64,000 nucleotides of DNA from Chloroflexota bacterium (GCA_002719675.1 PBID01000016.1:2837-66836); one strand, 5' to 3'; counted from the first letter of the stretch, positions 28,487 to 37,649 are shown. Translations and numbers: made by a program. The notes: a model not told the origin generated them from the sequence alone.

Positions 28487-29542
28487 ATGTCTGTAAAATT
28501 TGGTGTTTTTTTAATACTTTTTGGATGTTTGTTATTTGTAATTTGGGCTTCATTTTTTGTTTGGACACAATTTAAAGTTACCAATATTGATGAACTAAAA
28601 ATTGTTAAACAAAGACCGTCTGAATTAACCAAAGAAGAATCTTTACGAATAGATACACCAGAAGAAAAAAATTTTGGGGAAATAAACTTAAGCAAGATTG
28701 TTAATTCTTTTCCATCATTTATATCTAATGATGAAAATATTAGTTCTTCTACCGTAGATGATATAAAACAAAACCAACAAGCCGATACTTTTAGCACTAA
28801 TAGAAATTCAAATAATAATTTTATAAAAACTGGAACAAGTAAAAATAATCAAGAAACACAATCTAATCAACCTAATATTAAAATTAATGTCAGGATAGCT
28901 CCCAAAGTAGGTGGAAATCCTCCTGGAACTGAATTTAAAGTTTTGCCGCAAATAGAGGGTAAGTTGTCTAATTCAGATTTAACCAATGCTAAATTCATGA
29001 CGAAGAATTTTTATCCAATTTCTATATTGGATTCTAATAATTTTCCGCCTGAATCTCCAATAAGAATTGTTATCCCTATTTTAGGAATTGATTCGGTCGT
29101 TGAAGATTTAGGAGTGGAGATTACTGCTAATAGCAGTTCGTGGGAAACTCCGAAGAACGTAGTTGGTCATATACCTTCTACTGCAAAGCCATCTGAAGAA
29201 GGTTCTGGTTGGTATTTTGGACATTTAGAGAGCCCAATTAGAGGTGAGGGAAACGTCTTTAGACGTTTGCCTGAAATCCCAAGACTTGTGAAAGAAGATA
29301 GATCGGTTCTAATTTATATACAAGATATTAATCGAACTTATTTATACGAGGTTTACAAATCCGATGTTGTTTATCAAGATGAATTATTTATAAAAGACTC
29401 TGGGAAAAGAGATATATTTTTAGTAACTTGCTACCCAAGATTAAAGTATGATCATAGGATAATTATTACTGCAGCAATGGTAGGGGTAACTGAAATAGAA
29501 AGACAGATTTCTCCAAAAATTACATCTTTTAAGGCAAATTAA
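28487..29542 (+). CDS. Sortase-family transpeptidase-like protein (class E/F-like) with N-terminal TM anchor and Asn/Gln-rich linker
   Basis: C-terminal domain with IRIVIPILGIDSVV, a His block (WYFGHLE), the Cys motif DIFLVTCYP (TLxTC-like) and a downstream Arg (DHRIIITA). Confidence 0.7.
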   Translation: MSVKFGVFLILFGCLLFVIWASFFVWTQFKVTNIDELKIVKQRPSELTKEESLRIDTPEEKNFGEINLSKIVNSFPSFISNDENISSSTVDDIKQNQQADTFSTNRNSNNNFIKTGTSKNNQETQSNQPNIKINVRIAPKVGGNPPGTEFKVLPQIEGKLSNSDLTNAKFMTKNFYPISILDSNNFPPESPIRIVIPILGIDSVVEDLGVEITANSSSWETPKNVVGHIPSTAKPSEEGSGWYFGHLESPIRGEGNVFRRLPEIPRLVKEDRSVLIYIQDINRTYLYEVYKSDVVYQDELFIKDSGKRDIFLVTCYPRLKYDHRIIITAAMVGVTEIERQISPKITSFKAN

Positions 29543-30172
29543 TTGGAGATAATTAAAAGTTTTTTTGGACATAATTTAAAGACAAAAATGTTATTTATTT
29601 TATATTTTTGTTTTATTGTTTTGTTTGTATTTTTATTAGGATGGGGAATATCTAATAGAACTCACATGACTGAATTAAGTGGTTCAACAAGAATAGGTAA
29701 ACCAGCTCCAGATTTTTCTTTGAATCTTTTTGATGGTAATCAAATTTCTTTTTCAGCGATGGTAGATCAACCAATGGTGATAAATTTTTGGGCATCATGG
29801 TGTGTTCCTTGCATTGAAGAAGCTAGTATATTGCAATCAGTTTGGGACTCTAATAGAAATGAGTCTATACAATTTATAGGTATTAACATTCAAGATTCAT
29901 CAAAATCTGCAAAAGCTTTTATTGCTTCTAATGGCATTGATTATATGAATGGATTTGATGCTGATGGAATAATAACTATTGAATATGGTGTGATTGGTAT
30001 GCCTACTACGTTTTTTGTAAATCGTGAAGGAATTGTTGAGGCAAAATGGGTAGGATCTATACCAGATTTTGTTTTAGATTCATGGGTAGAAGATCTAATA
30101 AATGGTGTGAAAATTGATATGGATGAATTTCGAGGCCAAAATCGTAACAATATATTTTTAATTGGAAATTAA
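29543..30172 (+). CDS. TlpA/ResA-like membrane-anchored thiol:disulfide oxidoreductase
   Basis: Thioredoxin-fold motif FWASWCVPC and an N-terminal TM. The TTG start directly abuts the sortase-like stop. An alternative ATG is at 29588. Confidence 0.8.
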   Translation: MEIIKSFFGHNLKTKMLFILYFCFIVLFVFLLGWGISNRTHMTELSGSTRIGKPAPDFSLNLFDGNQISFSAMVDQPMVINFWASWCVPCIEEASILQSVWDSNRNESIQFIGINIQDSSKSAKAFIASNGIDYMNGFDADGIITIEYGVIGMPTTFFVNREGIVEAKWVGSIPDFVLDSWVEDLINGVKIDMDEFRGQNRNNIFLIGN

Positions 30173-30174
30173 TG

Positions 30175-31341
30175 TCAAATTTTTAAAATGTCTGTAAGAT
30201 TTGAGAGATAAATTTCTTGATTCTTAGATGCAGAAATATATCCTGCAATTATTGATTTTAAAGTTTCATATCCCATTTGGGCATCTATTTCAGGCAATTT
30301 GTTTTTTTCAATACAATCGATAAATGCGTTAATATCAAGTTCTGCTATTTCTTGTGCGCCATCTATAGGGATCCAAGTTTTTTTGGGTTCAACAAAAAAT
30401 TTCTTGGATGTTTCTTTCCACATACCCATAGGATCTAATGGATTGTATGGAGGTGGGTTAAAAGGTTTTTGATTGTTATAAATTTCTATCCTAGGATTGT
30501 TTGAGTCTAAAATTTTTGTTGAATTTTCACCAATTAAAATTATTTTTTGAGGGCCTGATGAGGGATGGCTAGTCCATCCAAATCTTCCTCCAATTATTGA
30601 AGCATTTACTCCAGATTTAAATTTGATCAGAATACTTCCAAAGTCCTCTACGTCTACGTCAGAGTGTTCCTTGAATATATAATTTCCAGTGATCCCGATT
30701 ACCGATTTTGCTGAATCTTTTGTTAGCCAGTTAGCTAAGGTGATTGGGTAAACACCTATATCAAACATTTCTCGTTTAGCTTCTGTAAATGTCCATTTTT
30801 CAAATGTGGTTTTTTCTTTTCTAATCCTATGTTTGGGAACAGTTCCAGCTTTGCCTTTAGAGAAAATATTTTCTATATGTAAAGCTTTTAATTTTCCTAA
30901 TGAGTTTTTTGTTATTTCTTGCTTTGCTTTTTTTACCCAGGGTAAATGAACCATACTGAACATTTGTGTTTTAACAGAGTGTTTTTTTGCAGCAATCACA
31001 ATATTTTTTGCTTCTTCAATGTCTCCGCATAGAGGTTTGTCAAGATACAGATGTTTTCCTGCCTCAATACATTTGAGAGCGACTTCACCTCTTTTTTCAA
31101 CTTCTGGTGCAGAAGAGACAATTTGAACATTTTGATTTTCAAGTGCTGAATTTAAATTATCAAAATAAGGGACTTGATATTCATTAGCTAGCTTTTTTGA
31201 AAGCTTTTTTCTAAATGAACTAGTTTCGATGGGATCTGCAATTCCCACTATTGATGTTAGAGGATGTTTATTAAATACTTTTGCGTACATCTCTTGATGA
31301 GTACGTCTTCCTCCAATTAGCAAAACTCCATATTTATTCAT
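30175..31341 (-). CDS. Gfo/Idh/MocA-family NAD(P)-dependent oxidoreductase
   Basis: N-terminal Rossmann pattern YGVLLIGGRRTHQEMY, EKPL-like motif (LDKPL) and a C-terminal alpha/beta domain. I prefer the internal ATG at 31341 (preceded by AAGGA) over the ORF-track start at 31419. Confidence 0.85.
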   Translation of the reverse strand: MNKYGVLLIGGRRTHQEMYAKVFNKHPLTSIVGIADPIETSSFRKKLSKKLANEYQVPYFDNLNSALENQNVQIVSSAPEVEKRGEVALKCIEAGKHLYLDKPLCGDIEEAKNIVIAAKKHSVKTQMFSMVHLPWVKKAKQEITKNSLGKLKALHIENIFSKGKAGTVPKHRIRKEKTTFEKWTFTEAKREMFDIGVYPITLANWLTKDSAKSVIGITGNYIFKEHSDVDVEDFGSILIKFKSGVNASIIGGRFGWTSHPSSGPQKIILIGENSTKILDSNNPRIEIYNNQKPFNPPPYNPLDPMGMWKETSKKFFVEPKKTWIPIDGAQEIAELDINAFIDCIEKNKLPEIDAQMGYETLKSIIAGYISASKNQEIYLSNLTDILKI

Positions 31342-31369
31342 ATATATTTCCTTGGATGTACCGTTTATT

Positions 31370-31714
31370 TTAAGTAGAGTGATAGATACTACCCTTATCT
31401 CCAATAATAAGTACATCAAATTTTTCTGTCAGATTGATTTTGTCAATTGATATAGTTATTAAAGCACCTTCACCAGTATCCCATTTTAGTAATTTTGTTA
31501 TATAGGTAGACTCATCTTTGACATGAATATTTTGGGTTTCTGTTTTTGAAAAAGAAGATCTGCAAAAATCTTCAATTATTTTCTCGTATTTTTTTAAATT
31601 TTCAGGGTTATTTACTATTGCAGTATGTCTGATAAATTTTGGGATACCGATGTCCCCATTATTTATAGAGTTTAAAGATGTAGTATTTAAATTTTCGATA
31701 AACATGGATTTCAC
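31370..31714 (-). CDS. Hypothetical 114-aa protein, possibly related to the C-terminal domain of Gfo/Idh/MocA enzymes
   Basis: Its GTG start overlaps the recO TGA stop (GTGA). It ends 28 nt before the oxidoreductase start. The family resemblance is weak and by eye only (GDIGIPKFI..., GALITISI..FDVLIIGDKGSIYH). Confidence 0.45.
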   Translation of the reverse strand: MKSMFIENLNTTSLNSINNGDIGIPKFIRHTAIVNNPENLKKYEKIIEDFCRSSFSKTETQNIHVKDESTYITKLLKWDTGEGALITISIDKINLTEKFDVLIIGDKGSIYHST

Positions 31715-32514
31715 AGGGTGTTTTTGCTAGTAATGGAGTTTTTTGTTTGTTTAGCAATTAAGTCTAAAAATGGTTTGGTTTTAAGTTCTTTATCAAGAAT
31801 TGATCTCATATATCCAGAGATTACTCTTTCAATTTCTTCAAGCAAATTTTTTGTGGAATTTAGTTTTGCAATTTTTTCAAAATTTTCATTTTGAATGAAT
31901 CTGATCAATTTGATTGAATTTGTAGATAGTTTTTCTGTGAAAGAATGAATTTTTCCAGCACATTGATGGCATAAAAGTCCACCAGATTCAAAACTAAATT
32001 TATAGCTTCCAGGTACCAATTTAGTCCCGCATTCTGAACAAATAATCATTTCAGGTTTAAATCCTGTTTGGGACATTAATTTTATTTCAAAAAACTTTAC
32101 TAATATTTCAATATCTGGGGCTATTTGTAATAGAGTGATACATTGTAATAAAAGGTTAAATATTTGTTTAGATTCACTATGTTCTTGTACAAAATTTTCT
32201 GCTAATTCTGTCATGTAGGAGGCTTTAGATAATAAATATAAATCCTCTTTGATTTTTCGAAAACTTTCAATAGTTTCTACTTCAGTTATTTGATCTATAG
32301 TTTTTGTGTTAGCAACTGAAATCTTTACACGTGTAATGGGTATTAAGTGGCCACCCATTTTACTTTTAGGTTTTCTTGAACCTCTAGCTACCGCTCGAAT
32401 TTTACCTATGGAAGGAGAGATTAATGTGACAATTCTGTCTGCCTCTCCAATTGGAATATGTTTTGTAACTATTCCTTCAGTTTTTTGGATATTTTTAGAC
32501 ATATTTTTATTCAA
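31711..32514 (-). CDS. recO: DNA repair protein RecO
   Basis: N-terminal OB-fold pattern (EGIVTKHIPIGEADRIVTLISPSIGKIRAVARGSRK) and Zn motif CSECGT...CHQC. Starts immediately after the recR stop. Confidence 0.85.
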   Translation of the reverse strand: MNKNMSKNIQKTEGIVTKHIPIGEADRIVTLISPSIGKIRAVARGSRKPKSKMGGHLIPITRVKISVANTKTIDQITEVETIESFRKIKEDLYLLSKASYMTELAENFVQEHSESKQIFNLLLQCITLLQIAPDIEILVKFFEIKLMSQTGFKPEMIICSECGTKLVPGSYKFSFESGGLLCHQCAGKIHSFTEKLSTNSIKLIRFIQNENFEKIAKLNSTKNLLEEIERVISGYMRSILDKELKTKPFLDLIAKQTKNSITSKNTL

Positions 32515-33126
32515 TTAATCCAAGAGTTTTCTGCCTTCTAAAGCTTTTACTAAAGTTAAATCATCTGTGTATTCAAGGTCACTACCTATTGGCAATCCTC
32601 TAGCTAGGACACTAGTTTTGATTTTTTTTTCAGAAAGAAAGTTATTAATGTACATAGACGTTACTTCACCTTCCATACTAGGATTAGTTGCCAAGATCAC
32701 TTCTTTAATTTGTAATGAAAAAATTCTTTGAAAGAATTCAGTGATTTTTAAATTTTCGGGCCCAATTCCATTTATTGGAGAAATCACACCATTTAAAACA
32801 TGATAAAGACCATTAAAAACACCTGTGCGTTCTATATGTATTACATCTATTGGTTGTTCAACTACACAGATAATAGAAGTATCCCGAGAAGAGGAAGAGC
32901 AAATTTCACAGGGAGATTGCTCTGTGATGTTAAAACATTCTGAGCATGATAAAATTTTTTCTTTTAATTCAGAAATAGCGTGTGATAAATCAAAAGCTTG
33001 TTCCTTAGATGCTTTAACCATATAGTATGTTAATCTTTGTGCAGACTTAGGTCCTATTCCAGGTAATTTACTGAATTGTTCAATTAAATTTGTAATTGAT
33101 TTTGATGTGGACTGATGATTTGCCAT
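32515..33126 (-). CDS. recR: Recombination protein RecR
   Basis: HhH (LPGIGPKSAQRL), C4 zinc finger (CSECFNITEQSPCEIC), and Toprim and Walker-B-like regions. Confidence 0.95.
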   Translation of the reverse strand: MANHQSTSKSITNLIEQFSKLPGIGPKSAQRLTYYMVKASKEQAFDLSHAISELKEKILSCSECFNITEQSPCEICSSSSRDTSIICVVEQPIDVIHIERTGVFNGLYHVLNGVISPINGIGPENLKITEFFQRIFSLQIKEVILATNPSMEGEVTSMYINNFLSEKKIKTSVLARGLPIGSDLEYTDDLTLVKALEGRKLLD

Positions 33127-33138
33127 ATTAATTTGTAT

Positions 33139-33459
33139 CTAAATGTTTAATCCTGGAATATTTAATCCAGATGTGATTGAGGACATTTTTTTGTTTGAAA
33201 TTTCTTGGATTTGTTCAATACCATCGTTTATTGCACTTACTATTAAATCCTGTAACATTTCGACATCATTTGGATCAACTACTTCAGGATCAATAGATAA
33301 AGAAGTAAGTTTCATATTCCCGTTGACAGTTGCTTTTACTACACCACCCCCAACACTAGTTTCAATCTTTTCACTATCTAGTTTTTGTTGCATCTTTGCC
33401 ATATCTTTTTGGAATTTTTCACTTTGTTTTTGAGCTTGTCTTAGCATTTTTCTATTCAT
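33139..33459 (-). CDS. ybaB: Nucleoid-associated protein YbaB/EbfC
   Basis: 106 aa with the typical pattern (..VETSVGGGVVKATVNGNMKLTSLSIDPEVV..D.EMLQDLIVSAINDG). It overlaps the dnaX end by 8 nt. This is the classic dnaX-ybaB-recR order. Confidence 0.9.
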   Translation of the reverse strand: MNRKMLRQAQKQSEKFQKDMAKMQQKLDSEKIETSVGGGVVKATVNGNMKLTSLSIDPEVVDPNDVEMLQDLIVSAINDGIEQIQEISNKKMSSITSGLNIPGLNI

Positions 33460-35122
33460 TTGTTACTTCCTTTGTATCCAAAATTTGAGCTCCCTTAGCC
33501 ATGGCAGCTTTTACTAGAGGACTTTGTAATTGGCGATTATTATTTTTATTAACTTGGTCATTTGTTATATGAATAATTTTAAATTCTTTCCCCAAAACTT
33601 GAGAAAATGTGTTTTCAAAAATTTTTTTAGTGTCTATATGTTCTAGTTCTGTGATCATTCTTTCTAGGTGAGATATATGTGAATAAGTTAGTGTGATTTG
33701 ATCATTTTCGACTTTCCTCTCAGTAGTTGATCTCAATAAGGCCGATAAGTCGAATCTAGAACCTTTTTTGCGTAATTTTGAAAGAATTGTTTTCCAATTT
33801 TCTGTTGGTATTGAGTTTTGAGGATTTTCATTTGTCTGGATCACAGTAGGTTGATTAGTAGTGTGATTTTTTTGAGGAGTATTTTCTGTTGGTATTGAGT
33901 TTTGAGGATTTTCATTTGTCTGGATCACAGTAGGTTGATTAGTAGTGTGATTTTTTTGAGGAGTATTTTTTGCTGGCATTGAGTTTTGAGGATTTTCATT
34001 GCTTTTTTGGAGGTGAGATGGAATTTTTAAAGGACTTGAATTTTGATTTATTAAAGTATGGCTTTGAATAAATGCTAGTTCTAGGTTTAGAGAAGTTGTT
34101 TCATTAGTATGTAATAGAGGTTCTGAGAAAATTTTTGTAATTTTACTCAAAGATTCTAAGGTAGATAAATTAGATAACTTTGAAATTTGTTTTTGTATTT
34201 CTTCGCTATAACCTTGTGATGAGATATTTACCCCAGCTTTTACCAAAGTTACTGCTCTTAAAACATCAACTATTTGCGAGTTAAATTGTTTAATATTACC
34301 GCCTGAATCTGAGAAATTGATAATAATTTTTAATCCTTCAGCGATAGGTTTAGTTATTAAATTTGTAATTAGGTCTATTTCAGAATTATTAGTATTGAGT
34401 TCTAAAAATGATGAAATTTGGGTTTCAGAAATTGAATTTCCATATGAAATTATTGCTTGTTCTAATATATTTTCAGCATCCCTTAAGCTACCTGAAGCTT
34501 TCCTAGAAATTAGCTGGAGGGCTTCATTTGACACAGTAACATTTTCAGATGCACATAGCTGGTTTAGTTTAGTAATCATGATTTCCATTGAAATTCTTTT
34601 AAAATCAAATCTTTGGCATCTTGAGATTATTGTTAGAGGTAATTTATGAGATTCTGTTGTTGCCAAAATGAATATAACATGCTCAGGCGGTTCCTCTAAA
34701 GTTTTAAGGAGTGCATTAAATGCGGGATCAGTTAGCATATGAGCTTCATCGATAATGTAAATTTTGAATTTTCCCTGTGTAGGAAGAATGTATATTTTTT
34801 CTTTTATATTTCTGATATCTTCAATTCCCCTGTTGCTAGCAGCATCTATTTCAATAAGGTCTAAAGTATCTGATTTGTTAAAAGAAATACATGTTGCACA
34901 TGTGTCACAGGGCTGTGTGTTAATAGGTGTTTTACAGTTAATTGATTTTGCTAGAATTCTTGCGGTACTAGTTTTTCCAGTCCCTCTTGGTCCACAAAAT
35001 AGGTATGCATGAGATAGTCTATTTTGTTCAATAGCATATTCTAAGGTTTTAACCATATGTTCTTGACCTACAACTTGGTCAAGGTTTTTTGGACGCCATT
35101 TTCTATATAAAACTTCTTGCAT
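33452..35122 (-). CDS. dnaX: DNA polymerase III subunit tau (gamma/tau)
   Basis: AAA+ Walker A GPRGTGKTS, Zn module CKTP..CDTCATC, Walker B IIDEAHML and sensor SRCQRF. The repeat-containing linker begins near aa 375, followed by the C-terminal tau domain. Confidence 0.95.
   Translation of the reverse strand: MQEVLYRKWRPKNLDQVVGQEHMVKTLEYAIEQNRLSHAYLFCGPRGTGKTSTARILAKSINCKTPINTQPCDTCATCISFNKSDTLDLIEIDAASNRGIEDIRNIKEKIYILPTQGKFKIYIIDEAHMLTDPAFNALLKTLEEPPEHVIFILATTESHKLPLTIISRCQRFDFKRISMEIMITKLNQLCASENVTVSNEALQLISRKASGSLRDAENILEQAIISYGNSISETQISSFLELNTNNSEIDLITNLITKPIAEGLKIIINFSDSGGNIKQFNSQIVDVLRAVTLVKAGVNISSQGYSEEIQKQISKLSNLSTLESLSKITKIFSEPLLHTNETTSLNLELAFIQSHTLINQNSSPLKIPSHLQKSNENPQNSMPAKNTPQKNHTTNQPTVIQTNENPQNSIPTENTPQKNHTTNQPTVIQTNENPQNSIPTENWKTILSKLRKKGSRFDLSALLRSTTERKVENDQITLTYSHISHLERMITELEHIDTKKIFENTFSQVLGKEFKIIHITNDQVNKNNNRQLQSPLVKAAMAKGAQILDTKEVTNE
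33797..34000 (-). repeat. In-frame 84-bp tandem repeat (2.4 copies) inside dnaX
   Basis: The protein reads NENPQNSMPAKNTPQKNHTTNQPTVIQT / NENPQNSIPTENTPQKNHTTNQPTVIQT / NENPQNSIPTEN. Copies 2 and 3 are essentially identical at the DNA level. Confidence 0.9.
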
Positions 35123-35133
35123 TGCTAAAGTAT

Positions 35134-35637
35134 TTAACCTTTGTTAATTATTTGATTCAACAAAAATTTTGTTGCCTGTTCCATTTCAAAATTTTCTTTA
35201 ATATTAGTATGGTCAAATCCCAGTATGTGTAGAATACCATGTACAATCAAAGTTGTGATCTCATGATCTAAGCTATGGTGATGTTGTTTGGCCTGTTTTT
35301 TTGCTTGAGGGTAAGATAAATACACTTCTCCGAGGTATATATGGTTGTTGTCTGGGCTTAAAAGTTGGATTTGTGAATTTACGGAGTATGATGGATCTGA
35401 TTTGGAGGATTTTGCTGGAAATGCTAAGACGTCTGTTGGTGAGTCTTCTCCCATGAATTCTTGATTTAGATTATGTAAGAGAGTGTCATTAGAAATGATG
35501 ATATCTATTGAAAGGGTATCTCTTTGAATTTGAAAGAAATTTGATAAGGTCGTTAAGGCTATTTGACGCAACAAATTTTTAAGTTCTTTATTTTGGTATC
35601 GGGTTTGAATCTGAATATTTATTTTAAAGTCATGCAT
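35134..35637 (-). CDS. ybeY: rRNA maturation endoribonuclease YbeY
   Basis: Metal-binding motif HGILHILGFDH. 167 aa. Confidence 0.9.
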   Translation of the reverse strand: MHDFKINIQIQTRYQNKELKNLLRQIALTTLSNFFQIQRDTLSIDIIISNDTLLHNLNQEFMGEDSPTDVLAFPAKSSKSDPSYSVNSQIQLLSPDNNHIYLGEVYLSYPQAKKQAKQHHHSLDHEITTLIVHGILHILGFDHTNIKENFEMEQATKFLLNQIINKG

Positions 35638-35738
35638 GAATAGAGTTTATATTATGAAAACTCAAAATAAAAATTGATCAAGCAATAAATTTTTAATTAA
35701 TTAAACCAAAATCAACTAAAAAGTTATTTAGAAACTTT

Positions 35739-36596
35739 TTATTCTTGTGTCATGTATTTAAATAAATCGCTATCCAAAGATAGGATTATAGTGGAATTGT
35801 CTTTTAAGATTTTTGTGTAAACTTCTAATGATTTTGTAAAATCAAAAAACTCTGGATCTTTCTCTAGAGCATCAGCGTAAATTTTGATCGCTTCAGCATC
35901 ACCTTCACCCATAATTTGATTTGATTTTTTGATCGCTTCAGATTCAATGACGGTAGCTTGTTTGTCTACTTCAGCACGAATTTCTAAACTTCGTTTTTCA
36001 CCTTCAGCACGTTCTTCATTTGCTTTTCTAGCTCTTTCAGCTCGCATTCTGTCATATATTGCATTAAGTGTTTCATCAGGAAAATCAGCTCTTTTGACCC
36101 TGATGTCACTGATTTGTATTCCGAAGTCAATTATTTTTTCAGCTGAAGCAATAGTTACTGCTTCCATAATTTTTTGTCTATTTGATTTAATAACGTCGAT
36201 TTGTAGATCATTTGCAATTTCACTTCTTAAATCAGAGGCTATAATTCCGGTAGCAGCTGTGACAGCTCCTCTTGGAGTTTTTACTGTTTTAAAAAATTGT
36301 AGCGGATCAACTATTTTACCTATAGCATAAGCATCAATAATCAATCGTTTTTTATCTGATGTTAGCAAAGAATCAGGAGCGGCATCGAATAAAGTATTTC
36401 TTTTATCAAATTTAGTTACCGTGTCTATAAATGGTGTTTTTGCATACAAACCTGGAGATGTAATTGAAGGTCTAATTGGATCTCCAAATCTAGTAACAAT
36501 TGCAGTTTCAGTTTCATCTACAACGAATAATGCTTGGCCAGCAATAATTATGGATAAAATTATTAATAATGGAAAGAATATTGTTATGAATCTCAT
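35739..36596 (-). CDS. hflC: SPFH/band-7 protein HflC
   Basis: N-terminal TM then SPFH domain (FVVDETETAIVTRFGDP...). Immediately downstream of hflK. Confidence 0.85.
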   Translation of the reverse strand: MRFITIFFPLLIILSIIIAGQALFVVDETETAIVTRFGDPIRPSITSPGLYAKTPFIDTVTKFDKRNTLFDAAPDSLLTSDKKRLIIDAYAIGKIVDPLQFFKTVKTPRGAVTAATGIIASDLRSEIANDLQIDVIKSNRQKIMEAVTIASAEKIIDFGIQISDIRVKRADFPDETLNAIYDRMRAERARKANEERAEGEKRSLEIRAEVDKQATVIESEAIKKSNQIMGEGDAEAIKIYADALEKDPEFFDFTKSLEVYTKILKDNSTIILSLDSDLFKYMTQE

Positions 36597-36602
36597 AATG
36601 TT

Positions 36603-37649
36603 TTACTCACCTCCAGAAGTTTCTTCAGAAGTTTCTTTAGGAGGAGTAGAGAAGGGGATGAGTTGTTTACTAGTGCTATCACTATTATTAACCAAAACTA
36701 GATTAGTATTATCATTAACTAAAATTTTATTTATACCAGGAAGAAAACCTTCAACTGCTTCCAAATATAATCTGGTTCTTGTAACATCTGGAGCTTTTTT
36801 GTATTCAGTTAAAACAGATAAAAATTTATCAGCTTTACCTGTGGCAATATTGATCAGTTGTTGCTTATATGCTTCAGCTTCTCGTATGAGTTTTGTTGCT
36901 GTACCTCTTGCTTTAGGTAAGACATCAGCTTCGTAAGCCTGAGCTAAGTTGATAATTTTTTCTTTGTCTTCTCTAGCTCTGACTACATCATCAAATGCAT
37001 CTTGTACTTGGTTAGGCGGTCTAACGGTTTGCAACTTCACTTCTCTAATTCGTATACCTGTTTCGTATTTATCCATTAAACCTTGCAACATTACTTTTGT
37101 ATCAGCTTGAACAGCTTCTTTTTCGGTTGTTAAGACATCATCGATGTTGCGCTGTCCTACTATTTGTCTTAATGATGATTCTGCAGCACTTTTTAATACT
37201 AAACCATTAGGGTCAGCGGTCTTAAAAAGAAATTTCTCGATAGATGCTATGTCGTATTGAACTAAAAGTTGTGCGTCAACAATGTTTTCATCTCCGGTGA
37301 TCATTAAAGATTCGCTAGGTACTTCAGTGTCATCTCTGAAGCCAATTTCAAGTCTGCGAATTTCTTCAACTGAAACAACAGTTCTTTTACCGATAGGGGC
37401 AGGATACCACCAATGAAGACCAGTTCCTTGAATTGAATCGAATTTTCCAAGCCACTGCAATGCTGCTTGTTGACCAGGTTGAACCTGGTAAAAACCGCTT
37501 GCACCCCATAAAGCAACTGCTATTAAGACAATGATAATTTCTATAAATAACAATCTTCCGGGATTACTTTTTTTATTACCTTTTTTGCCACCAAAAATTG
37601 ACCCAAGTAATTTATTTAAGTCTATTTCTGGTTCAGGTGGTCTATTCAT
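36603..37649 (-). CDS. hflK: SPFH/band-7 protein HflK
   Basis: TM then SPFH domain (FYQVQPGQQAALQWLGKF.., MITGDENIVDAQLLVQYDI), and a coiled-coil C-terminal region. Confidence 0.85.
   Translation of the reverse strand: MNRPPEPEIDLNKLLGSIFGGKKGNKKSNPGRLLFIEIIIVLIAVALWGASGFYQVQPGQQAALQWLGKFDSIQGTGLHWWYPAPIGKRTVVSVEEIRRLEIGFRDDTEVPSESLMITGDENIVDAQLLVQYDIASIEKFLFKTADPNGLVLKSAAESSLRQIVGQRNIDDVLTTEKEAVQADTKVMLQGLMDKYETGIRIREVKLQTVRPPNQVQDAFDDVVRAREDKEKIINLAQAYEADVLPKARGTATKLIREAEAYKQQLINIATGKADKFLSVLTEYKKAPDVTRTRLYLEAVEGFLPGINKILVNDNTNLVLVNNSDSTSKQLIPFSTPPKETSEETSGGE

Noticed and set aside
31342-31419. N-terminal extension of the oxidoreductase ORF that overlaps the 114-aa ORF. The same issue applies to the 14-aa dnaK extension at 40381-40422.
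   Set aside because: In both cases an internal ATG preceded by an SD-like sequence reproduces the conserved family N-terminus (YGVLLIGG for the oxidoreductase, [10 protein letters not shown] for DnaK). The extensions are hydrophobic or basic junk.
33797-34000. The repeats could be a CRISPR-like array
   Set aside because: The repeats are contiguous with no spacers. They are in frame inside dnaX and encode a repeated peptide. No cas genes are present.
35929-36936. Long plus-strand ORFs (133 and 171 aa) antisense to hflC/hflK. Similar antisense ORFs occur at 6605-6994, 28453-28797, 33143-33433, 34317-34649 and 40094-40444.
   Set aside because: Each is embedded opposite a strongly supported conserved gene. 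They lack SD sequences and have low-complexity Ser/Ile/Leu-rich translations. In the frame used, antisense stops arise only at Tyr/His/Gln codons preceded by a codon ending in a pyrimidine, so long open stretches can arise without being coding. I see no independent evidence for overlapping genes.
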